The translations under genes were made by a program, and so were the position numbers. Under the pieces are notes generated by a model. It was given only the letters and a program-made list of their open reading frames with translations, made no database searches and was not told the DNA's origin. A DNA stretch of 64,000 nt from an uncultured Actinomycetes bacterium (GTDB lineage: Bacteria > Actinomycetota > Thermoleophilia > UBA2241): contig CAWCWZ010000060.1 in NCBI GenBank assembly GCA_963799395.1, positions 3,321 to 67,320 of the forward strand. Direction: 5' to 3'. Positions 21,480-29,799 of this stretch are shown one piece after another. Numbering within the stretch: the first letter of the stretch is position 1; every line of letters begins with the position of its first letter.

Positions 21480-21998
21480 ATGCCGTTGGCCGCGATCGAG
21501 ATCGTCGACTACGACCCCGGCTGGCCCGCTCGGTTCGAGGGGGCGGCGGCGCGCCTGCGCGCCGCCGCCCCCTCCCTCATCGTCGCCGTCGAGCACATCG
21601 GCAGCACCGCCGTCCCGGGGCTCGCCGCCAAGCCCGTCATCGACCTCATGCCGGCGGTCGCGGCCGGCCGCCCCGACGACCTCGACCGTTGCGTTGCGCC
21701 CATCGTCGCCCTGGGCTACGAGTACGTCGCCGACTACGAGGATGAGATGCCGTACCGCCGCTTCTTTCGTCTGCGGCTGGCCGGCAGCCAGGAGAACGTC
21801 CATCTCGTCGAGCAGGGCAGCGTGTTCTGGACGCGGCATCTGGCGTTTCGCGAGATCCTGCGAACCCACCCGGGGCTGGCCGCCGAGTACGCGGCGCTCA
21901 AGCGCTCGCTGGCGCCCCGCTACTCCGACGTCAACGACTACGCCGCCGCCAAGGCCGGCTTCATCGAAGCGATCCTCGACACGTTGGGAGCCGCCTAG
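21480..21998 (+). CDS. GrpB family protein (glutamate-rich protein B / nucleotidyltransferase-like fold)
   Basis: MPLAAIEIVDYDPGWPARFE...HIGSTAVPGLAAKPVIDL, as is typical for the GrpB/DUF151 family. Ends in TAG. Confidence 0.75.
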   Translation: MPLAAIEIVDYDPGWPARFEGAAARLRAAAPSLIVAVEHIGSTAVPGLAAKPVIDLMPAVAAGRPDDLDRCVAPIVALGYEYVADYEDEMPYRRFFRLRLAGSQENVHLVEQGSVFWTRHLAFREILRTHPGLAAEYAALKRSLAPRYSDVNDYAAAKAGFIEAILDTLGAA

Positions 21999-22089
21999 GA
22001 AACGCCGGCGAGGCCGCCCGGGTGTGCGCCTCGCCGCGGTTGGTCGGTCGCCGCGTCAACCCCGGCCGCGTCAGCCCCCGCGGCGTGCG

Positions 22090-22431
22090 TCAGTCCCTCC
22101 GCTCGCCCTCGCGCAGGTACGAGCCGTAGCCGCGCTTGAACTTCGTGGCGGCGTACTTCTGCAGCTTCCACTCGGGGATGCGGCACTCGGGACAGGCCTC
22201 GAAGAACAGCTTGTTGCGCAGCCAGCGGGCCGAGCGGCTGTTCTTGGAGTCGCGCACGATCATGGTCTTGCCGCAGTGGGTGGTGAGGCGGGCCCGCGTG
22301 CCCAACACCTCGAACTCCTTGATGCCGTGCAGCAGCCCGCGCCGCGAGGGCCACAGCTTCATCTTCTCGACGAGCCTGAAGAGCGGCACCTGCTTGCGGT
22401 AGTAGACGGCCTTGTTGGGGTCGGTCGGCAC
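22090..22431 (-). CDS. pylSn: PylS N-terminal tRNA-Pyl-binding domain protein (split PylS)
   Basis: LWPSRRGLLHGIKEFEVLGTRARLTTHCGKTMIVRDSKNSRSARWLRNKLFFEACPECR aligns with the Methanosarcina PylS N-domain, including the zinc Cys/His ligands. Probable GTG start at 22431; an alternative ATG lies at 22362. The Arg-rich N-terminal 72 aa of the track ORF are rejected. Confidence 0.75.
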   Translation of the reverse strand: MPTDPNKAVYYRKQVPLFRLVEKMKLWPSRRGLLHGIKEFEVLGTRARLTTHCGKTMIVRDSKNSRSARWLRNKLFFEACPECRIPEWKLQKYAATKFKRGYGSYLREGERRD

Positions 22432-22550
22432 CGCACGAGTGTAGCAAAGCCGAAGGCGGGTTGTGGCCCTGTCGCGCCCGGGCGGTCCGCCCGCGTACCG
22501 CCCGCGACTGAAGCGCTCGCCACCGCACGGCCGGCGAGCGGGCCGTGGAG

Positions 22551-24335
22551 CTACGTGAAGGTGCGATAGAACGGCAGACCGTCGTAGACGGCCCGCGTGG
22601 CGCGCCCGTCGATGACCGTGTCGAACGACAGACGGTCGGGGAGCCACGAGGGCGCGCCGACACGAAAGTCGCCGCCGGACAGCGGCACGAGCTCGAGCTC
22701 GTCAGCCGGGTAGAGCCAGGGCGCCACCATCAACAGGCGATTACGCCGGCAGATGACGGAGAAGACGGGGGCCCAGGGGTCGTACGAACGGTAGGTGCCG
22801 GTGAGCCGCGCCCACGAGGGGTCGGGGGCGGGCGCCGCGAGCGGCGCCCGCCCCTCGCGCGCAAACCACGAGGGGCCGCAGGAAAGCGCGACGACGGCGC
22901 CGCCGTCGTCGCGCTCGAAGCGCAGGTGGAAGCGGTCCCAGTCGGGGTGGGGCGCGAGGAACAGGTCGTCGCCCCTGCGCTCCAGAGCGATCTCGGCGAC
23001 GGCCGACGGCTCGGCGCCGACGCCCGAGCCGACGCTCGCGGCCGGAGCGGCCGGCAGGCGCAGGAACAGACGCTCGTCGTGAGCGGCCAGCGTCAGACCG
23101 CTCCAGGCTGGTTCGTCGTCGCCCGAGCTCGATGGCTCGCCACCCGCCGCGGCGTCCCGGCGGGCGTCGCCGGAGGGCGGCGCGACGTAGACGCCGGCGC
23201 ACTCGGCGGCCGCCGCGCCGATGATCGTCGGGTCGGCGGGCGGCGCTGGCGGGGGCACAGGCGCCCCCGCCAGCGCCGCCCGCAGCGCCCGCAGCGCGAA
23301 GCGCGCGATCTCCATGCGGTCGTCGGACCCGTTCACCAGCACGATCACGCCGATACCGGACGCCGGGTCGGTCACGAGCAGGCTGCTGAAGCCGACCATG
23401 CCGCCTGAGTGACCGACGCACTCGTGCCCGTCGAGGGTCCGCGTGACGAGCCCGTACCCGTAGAACGAGCCCGGCTCGTCGGGGTCTTCGACCACCCTGC
23501 TCGTCCAGAGCGCGAAGCTCTCGTCGCTCAACAGGCGGCCGCCGGGACCCGCGCCGCGGTTCAGGATCAGTCGCGCCCAAGCCAGCATGTCGGCGGCCGA
23601 CGAGACGATGCTGCCATCGGCCGTACAGCTCTCGATGCGCGTGGCTTCGACGACCGGCCGGCCGCCGTGCGCCGGCCGGTCGCCGCAGAGCTGCTCGTAG
23701 CCGGTCGCGACGGGCAGAGGCGAGTCGCGCCTGATCGTCGTCTCGGAGTCGATCATGGCGAGCGGCGCCACGATGCGATCGGCCACGAGCGTCGCGACCG
23801 GGCGCCCGGTCACCGCCTCGAGAGCCAGGCCGACGAGCTTGTAGCCGTCGTTCGAGTAGAGGAAGTGTTCGCCCGGCCCGTAGGTCAGCTCGGTCTCGCG
23901 CAACGACCACAGCGCGCAGCGCGCTTCGGCGCTGAACTCGGTGCCCATGGGCAGCCCCGACGTGTGGCTGAGCAGGTGGTGCAGCGTGATCGGGGCAAAG
24001 CGCGAGCGCACCGAGAACCAGGGCACGTAGTCGGTCACCGGCGCGTGCAGATCGACGCGGCCGGCTTCGTGCTCCTGGAGGAGCACCGCGGCCGTGAACG
24101 ACTTGCTGATCGAGCCGATCTGAAAGCGCGTGTCGGGTTCGACCGGCGTGCCGGCCGCGACACTCGCGAGGCCCTGACAGACGAAGCCCAGCGTGCGCTC
24201 GCTGTCGGTCAGCCCGATCGCCACGCCCGGAGCAGCGAGCCGCGGCAGGCGCGCCGCGACGAACTCGTCGACGGCCCCGAGAGCGGTGATCAGATGGTCG
24301 TGCCGGCTTGAGTCGGTGAAGCTCACGCCGACCAT
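22551..24335 (-). CDS. Beta-lactamase-family serine hydrolase (class C / PBP4-like)
   Basis: SxxK motif (SISKSF), YSN motif (LYSNDGY) and HSGG motif in a 594 aa ORF. Confidence 0.7.
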   Translation of the reverse strand: MVGVSFTDSSRHDHLITALGAVDEFVAARLPRLAAPGVAIGLTDSERTLGFVCQGLASVAAGTPVEPDTRFQIGSISKSFTAAVLLQEHEAGRVDLHAPVTDYVPWFSVRSRFAPITLHHLLSHTSGLPMGTEFSAEARCALWSLRETELTYGPGEHFLYSNDGYKLVGLALEAVTGRPVATLVADRIVAPLAMIDSETTIRRDSPLPVATGYEQLCGDRPAHGGRPVVEATRIESCTADGSIVSSAADMLAWARLILNRGAGPGGRLLSDESFALWTSRVVEDPDEPGSFYGYGLVTRTLDGHECVGHSGGMVGFSSLLVTDPASGIGVIVLVNGSDDRMEIARFALRALRAALAGAPVPPPAPPADPTIIGAAAAECAGVYVAPPSGDARRDAAAGGEPSSSGDDEPAWSGLTLAAHDERLFLRLPAAPAASVGSGVGAEPSAVAEIALERRGDDLFLAPHPDWDRFHLRFERDDGGAVVALSCGPSWFAREGRAPLAAPAPDPSWARLTGTYRSYDPWAPVFSVICRRNRLLMVAPWLYPADELELVPLSGGDFRVGAPSWLPDRLSFDTVIDGRATRAVYDGLPFYRTFT

Positions 24336-24475
24336 TGTGTCAGAGTCGGCAGCCCCCGCGAAGTGGGCGAGTCGCCGACGCCTCTCGGACGCGGCCGTCT
24401 GCCGTTGGGCCTGAGAGCCGGCACACCCCCGCCTGCAGCTCCAGCAGGCGACCGCACACGGCAGGGGGATTGTGG

Positions 24476-24548
24476 TGGCGGGGAGTAGGGGAGTTACACC
24501 CCTCTACGCGGATTTAGAGTCCGCGCTGATCCTTCCGATCGACCCCCC
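24476..24548 (-). tRNA. pylT: tRNA-Pyl (amber suppressor, anticodon CUA)
   Basis: Minus-strand sequence GGGGGGTCGATCGGAAGGATCAGCGCGGACTCTAAATCCGCGTAGAGGGGTGTAACTCCCCTACTCCCCGCCA. 7-bp acceptor stem, 4-bp D-stem with a 5-nt loop, 6-bp anticodon stem, loop CUCUAAA, short variable loop, T-loop lacking TPsiC, discriminator G and encoded CCA. Nearly identical in architecture to Desulfitobacterium tRNA-Pyl. Confidence 0.85.
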
Positions 24549-24625
24549 GCGCCGACTCCAAGGCTAGCGCATCCGGACCGTGCGGCCAAGCATCCGCGGG
24601 GCGTGGCGCACCGGCCGCGGGCTTG

Positions 24626-24940
24626 TCAGGCTGCAGCGACGTCGGACCGCGGCAGAGCCGCGACGATCTGCTTCGCCTCCTCCAGGCCGAATGCCTTGAG
24701 CGACGTCGTGCGGACCGTCCCGCCCGCGCTCAGCGCGAGCGCGAACGCCGCCGCCGCCTTGTCGTCGGGGCCTTCTCCGATGGCCACATAGTCGAAGTCG
24801 CCCATGGTCATGTACATGTCGAGCACCTTGCCGCCCATCGACTCCCAGAGCTTGATGCCGTCAGAGATGCGGTCCGGCGAGTGCTTGACGTCGGCGATGC
24901 CCTTGTCGGTCAGTTTCATGAGCAAGATGTAGGTCACCAT
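24626..24940 (-). CDS. GYD domain protein
   Basis: 104 aa. ATG at 24940 with GAGGAGG upstream. GYD family signature (MGDFDYVAI...PDD). The track fuses it to pylD only because the pylD frame reads through. Confidence 0.7.
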   Translation of the reverse strand: MVTYILLMKLTDKGIADVKHSPDRISDGIKLWESMGGKVLDMYMTMGDFDYVAIGEGPDDKAAAAFALALSAGGTVRTTSLKAFGLEEAKQIVAALPRSDVAAA

Positions 24941-25043
24941 ACGCCCGCCCTCCTCGTGAACGACACAACTGAAGACCAGCCGACCGATGCGCCAGACCGC
25001 AGAGCGTAGCACCGGCCAACGGCGGCCGAGGACGAACCGTGGA

Positions 25044-25897
25044 TCAGCCGACCAGCGCCCGCACGGCCATGACGGCGACGCCGAGGGCGAGCGGCTCGTG
25101 CACGAGCCGCTCGCCCAGCGCCCGGGCGGCCGCGGCCGTGACGCCGGGCGGCAGGCCCGGTGAGCAGACGATGCCGTCGGCGCCCGCCCAGTCGGCGTCG
25201 ATGAGATCGGGTGTCGGCGTGGCGTCGAGCACGAGCCGGCAGCGCCCTGAGGCCGGCGGCTAGGGTGACCGGCGTGACCGGCAGCGCGCCGGCCACCGCG
25301 GCGAGACGGTCCTGGTCGAGCTCGCAGACCAGCACGTCGGCGCCAAGCTCGACGAGGCGCGGCGGCCGCCGCCCGACCGACCGGGCCGAGGCCGATCACC
25401 AGGACCGGTTTGCCGGCGACGCCGCCCCGGCCGGCAGCGGCGTCGGGAGCGGCGTCCCTCCCGGCAGCGGCGTCGAGGGCCGCGACGTAGGCGTGCGCCG
25501 TACACGGGTCGTCGTCGGCCACCGCGCGGCGAGCGAAGTCGAAGGCCAGGAACCCGCGGTCGTCGGCGGCGAAGACCAGATCGTCGTCGCCGGCGAGCGC
25601 CTCGGCGAAGCCGCCGACGTCGGTCGCCTCGGTCACGCGCACGGCGCGGCAGCCCAGATGGCAGCAGATCGCCGCCACGCAGTCGGTGAAGCCCGGGATC
25701 AGGCCCTCGCCGCTCGTGATCGGCACGACGGCGACGGCGGCGTGGGCGAGGGCGTCGCGAGCGACGCCCTCGCCCACGCCGCAGGCCCGCGCGGCGAGCG
25801 TCGCGAAGTCGCAGCCGGTGAGCGCTGCGAGCGCCCGCTCGACCTCGTCGAGATGCGCGGTCAGAGAGCGGACGTCGCCTTCGACGAGACGTGTCAC
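25044..25897 (-). pseudogene. pylD: pylD (3-methylornithyl-N6-L-lysine dehydrogenase) disrupted by two +/-1 frameshifts
   Basis: The N-terminal 170 aa (VAVVPITSGEGLIPGF...VLVIGLGPVG), the middle segment (VLVCELDQDRLAAVAGALPVTPV) and the C-terminus (LVLDATPTPDLIDADWAGADGIV...) each match PylD. They lie in three different frames, in track ORFs 24626-25897, 24934-25335 and 25044-25232. The ATG overlaps the pylC stop. Confidence 0.75.
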
Positions 25898-27196
25898 GGG
25901 GCGCCCTCGCCACGGTCCGACGCCGGCCCGGGCTGAGACTCGGGCACGAGCTCGAGACCGTGCTCGTCGGCGAGGCGCGTGACGGTGGCGGCGGCCCGCG
26001 CGCGGGCCGCCACCGCCGTCGCCCCGCGCGTCATCAGCACCGCGACCCAGCGGCCCCGCGAGGCGCCGCTCTCGGGGCGGTCGGTGAGCACCACGTCGGC
26101 GCCGTACAGGCCGTCGCAGCGGCGCAGGGGGCCGGCGCCGCCGACGATGTGCTCGCCGAGCACCTCGACCCTGCCGTCTTCGACCAGCACGTGCTCGTAG
26201 ACGGCGCCACGCCGGGCCCCGATAGCCACGGCCGGCGGCCGCTCGGCGGCGAAGGTCTCGGCGAGCAGCGCGACGATGTTCGCGTCGCTTGCGTGGTACA
26301 CGGCGGCGGGCGTCTGGCTGGGCAGGCGAGCGTCGATCTCGATCACTTTGGGCGTGCCGTCGGCGGCAACCATGACTTCGACGTCCATCACGCCGGCGAG
26401 GCCCACGCCCTCGGCCAGGCGCCGGGCGGTGGCGTCGAGCGCGGCCAGCGTCGCGGCGCTCACCGTCGCGGGCGACGACGCGCCGCCGGCCTCAGCGCCG
26501 CCGGATTGCCGCGACCCGCCGCCCGCCTCGCCGCCGGCGCCGCCGGTCGCCGCGCCGCCGGCGCCGTCGACCGGCGCGACCACGCGCTTGCAGTCGTAGG
26601 CCGCGTCGAACTCGAGGAAGGTCGGCAGGAGCGTCAGAGCCTCGCCGCCGAGCGCGATCACCTCGACCGACAGCGACGGTCCGGCCACGAACTCCTCGAC
26701 CACCGCCTCGGCGCCGTGAGCGGCGAGGGCGGCGCGCGCCAGCGCCAGGCCGGGTTCCGACCGCACGAGCTGAACGCCCGTGCTGCCGCTGCCGACGCTG
26801 GGCTTGACCACCGCCGGAAAGCCGCAGCGCGGCCAGGGCCGCGGACGCGGCACGTCGAGCCGCTCGAACAGCGCGTTGGAGCGCAGCTTCGACCGCGTCA
26901 CCGCATAGGCGCCCAGGTCGAAGAGCAGCGGCAGGCCCATCATCGGCACGAACGAGGTGAGGAACTCGAGGGCGCGGTCGTCCTCGCAGGCCGGCAGCAC
27001 GGCGTCGCACGACAGCAGCACCTCGCGGGCACGCGCCGGATCGGCGACGACGTCGAAGACGTGGACCTCGGTGGCCAGGCCGACCGCCGGACGGTCGGGC
27101 CGGCGGTCGATCAGCACCGACGTCGTAGCCGGCCTCGCCGGCCAGATAGGCGGCCTCGGTGCCCTGCAGCTTGCCGCCGACGACGGCCAGCCTCAT
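25894..27196 (-). pseudogene. pylC: pylC (3-methylornithine--L-lysine ligase, ATP-grasp) with one frameshift near the 5' end
   Basis: The N-terminal 26 aa MRLAVVGGKLQGTEAAYLAGEAGYDV are in track ORF 26492-27196. The remainder, with the PylC-typical MDVE...VIEIDARLPSQTP, is in ORF 25894-27117. Confidence 0.75.
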
Positions 27197-27241
27197 GCCA
27201 CCCTCCCCCGCGCCGCGATCGTGGCCCTCACGCGGCCGCCC

Positions 27242-28337
27242 TCATGCCGGCGCCGGCTGGTCGACCGGGGCCCGGCGGGCCGCGGCCCGGCGCTCGCGGG
27301 CGGCGGCGACCCAGTCCGCATACTCGCCCGGGGTGGCGACGCGCAGCCCCAGCGCCCGGAGCCGGGCGGCGACCTCGGTGGCCGTGCGCAGGCCTTCGTC
27401 GATGTCGAGCTCCGACTGCGACACGCCGGCCAGGCCGGTGTCGGGCGGCACGATCGAGGTGACGACGTTGGCTCCGGCGGCGATGCGCGACTCGAGCCCG
27501 GCGATGCCGTCGACGTCGAGCGAGGCGGGGATCAGACGGTCGGGCATGGCGAGGCGCATGGTGGCGATCGTGACGAGCTCGCCGAGGCGGCCGGCCGGCG
27601 TGAGGTCGGCGAGCGGCGTGCCGCGCTGCGGCACGAAGGTCATGACGCGCACCTGATCGAGCGGTTCGTCCCGCATGGCGGCGACCGTGAGCGCGCGCTC
27701 GGCGACCGTCTCCCCCACGCCCAGCAGCATGCCGTCCTCGACCAGCATGCCCAGGGCGGCCGCGTCGCGCCGCGCCTGCAGGCGTTCGTCGAACTCCTGT
27801 CCGGTGCGTAGCCGCGAGTAGAGCTCGCGGGCGTGGGTCTCCTGGTAGCAGGCGTACCACTCCGCGCCGATGTCGCGCAGCGCCCCCAGCACGCCGGGCG
27901 TGACGACGCCGGGCGACACCATCACCGGCAGGCTCGGTGGCCGCCTTCACGGCGGCCACGAGCTCGACGAGGGCGTCGAACTCGCCGCTTGCGTAGTAGA
28001 GGGGGTCCTCGCCCATGGTCAGGTCGATCAGATGCACGCCCGATGCGGCGAGGCCGGCGCTGATCGCGACCACCTCGTCGAGCGACTTGCGATAGCGGGG
28101 GCTCTCGGCGTTGCCGCGGCGGTACAGGCAGAACGTGCAGCCGTTGCGGCACCAGGTCGAGAAGTAGACGAAGCCGTAGAGGAACACCGCGTCGCCGAAC
28201 CGGCGGCGGCGCAGCTCGGCCGCGGCGGCGAACAGCCCCGCCGCGGCGGCCGGATCGTCGATCGAGAGCAGGGTCTCGATCTCGCCGGCCGAGGGCGTCT
28301 CGCCGGCGAGCGCCCGCGCGAGGATGCCGTCGACCAC
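27242..28337 (-). pseudogene. pylB: pylB (methylornithine synthase, radical SAM) with one frameshift
   Basis: The N-terminal part, with YGFVYFSTWCRNGCTFC and LTMGEDPLYY, is in track ORF 27228-28337. The C-terminal part (MVSPGVV...YACYQETH...RLIPASLDVDGIAG...GANVVTSIVPPD) is in ORF 27242-27925. The junction near 27930 is a 1-nt indel. Confidence 0.75.
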
Positions 28338-28439
28338 GGCCTGACCGGCGCTTGCCGGTCACGACCGCTGCGGCCGGCCAGACGCCGGAGCGGCCGTGGA
28401 CGCCGCGGCGTCGCCGCCCTGGAGCCGCACCCGGACCAG

Positions 28440-29120
28440 GATCCGCACCCGGCTCGGACGTCGCGAAGCGCAGGACATCGTCGACCGGCAGCCGCTTGGT
28501 CCCGCCGGGACTGCTCGCCGGCACGCCGACGGCGACGATCGCGACCAGGTGCGCCGGCGCCTCGACCCGCAGGAGCTCCTCGAGACGCGGGGCGGCCAGC
28601 ACCGGCGCGCTCATCCAGCACGAGCCGTAGCCCAGCGCGTGCGCGGCGGTGACCAGGAGCTGTACGGCGGCGCCGACGCTCTGCAGGTCGGGCCGGGCGC
28701 GCAGCCGGTCGCGTTCCTCGCGCGACACGCCGCGCAGCGCGAGCAGACGGTCGCCGTGCGACTCGTAGGGCAGGCCGAGCACGGCGATCGCGAGCGGCGC
28801 GTCGGCGAAGAACGTGGCGTAGCCGCGCAGGCGCGCGTCTCGCGCTCGAGGCCCGCCGCCTCGACCTCGGGCCAGCCGGCCATCTCGTCGAGGCGCTCCT
28901 CGACCGCGGTGCGCATGGCCGACAGCAGCGCGCGGTCGTCGACCGCGATGAAGCGCCAGGGCTGGGCGTTACCGGCGTTGGCCGCCAGGGTCGCCAGGCG
29001 CACCATCTCGCGTACGTCGTCGCGCGGCACGGACTCGCTCGTGAAGCGGCGCACGCTGTGGCGGCCTTCGACGGCGGCCACGAGCCCGGGAAGGGCTTCG
29101 GACGGGGGACGGCGAATCAT
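28440..29120 (-). pseudogene. Nitroreductase family protein, frameshifted
   Basis: The N-terminal part (HSVRRFTSESVPRDDVREMVRLATLAANAGNAQPWRFIAV) is in one frame. The C-terminal part (DLQSVGAAVQLLVTAAHALGYGSCWM) is in another (ORF 27922-28782). The 3' end is uncertain. Confidence 0.55.
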
Positions 29121-29257
29121 CACTTCCACATGGTACCAGAGGCGAAGGGGGTGCTTCGTTTGCGGAAGTGGGGTGACCCGGCGCGACCCATGAGCCGGCG
29201 CGGCGCACGCGAGGGCGAGGCGGCGGTCGCCGCCTCGCCCTCGTTGCAACGAGTGAG

Positions 29258-29767
29258 TCAGGCCTGGACGGCCACCGTCTTGTCGGCCTTGTCGACCTTG
29301 AGGTCGATCGCCAGGACGTACGGGTTCTGACAGAAGGCGATGCACTGCGGGTCGCCGTCGCACAGGTCGCACTTGTAGGCGACCTTGCGCTCGGGGTGCT
29401 CGTGGATGACGCCGTACGGACAGACGTCGTAGCAGTCGCCGCAGTTCGTGCACTTGTCCTCGTCGACCGACCAGCACGACGCCCTTGACCGACTCGCCGA
29501 CCTTCTCCGTGCTGGCGAACGTGCGCCTGACGGGCGTGACCGTGATCGCGCGCGTCACGATCGCGTCGTCGGGACACGCCTCCTGGCACTTCGCGCAGGC
29601 GGTCTGCAGGCAGGTGTGGCCCTTGATCACGGCCGTGGTCGGGTTGCACGTCGGCGAACAAACGGACACGCGACGGCCGGTAAGCCGCCTTCGTGGTACG
29701 CCGAGCACGCCGAGCTCGCACATGTGGCAGCCGGTGCACTTCTTGCTGTGATCATGACGTGTGGCAT
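29258..29767 (-). pseudogene. Four-cluster [4Fe-4S] polyferredoxin (AorA/HycB-like), at least 2 frameshifts
   Basis: ATG at 29767 (MPHVMIT), 32 nt after the AOR stop, with GGAG upstream. Cys motifs CTGCHMC, CLQTACAKCQEACP, CTNCGDCYDVCP and CDLCDGDPQCIAFC are spread over three reading frames. The last two lie in a frame I translated by hand, ending at TGA around 29258. Confidence 0.55.
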
Positions 29768-29799
29768 GACTGGCTCCCTGTCCTTGTCGGTGCCACCGC

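Noticed and set aside
24626-25897. A single 423-aa protein fusing PylD to the GYD domain
   Set aside because: The PylD homology ends about 170 aa in and the middle of the ORF is junk. The PylD continuation is in the other two frames, and the GYD domain has its own ATG with GGAGG. The apparent fusion is read-through of a frameshifted gene.
18778-28337. Search for a Pyl-dependent methyltransferase (mttB/mtbB/mtmB) with an in-frame TAG near the pyl genes
   Set aside because: No ORF pair in any frame resembles the MttB TIM-barrel superfamily. The only large gene in the gap is a beta-lactamase-family hydrolase.
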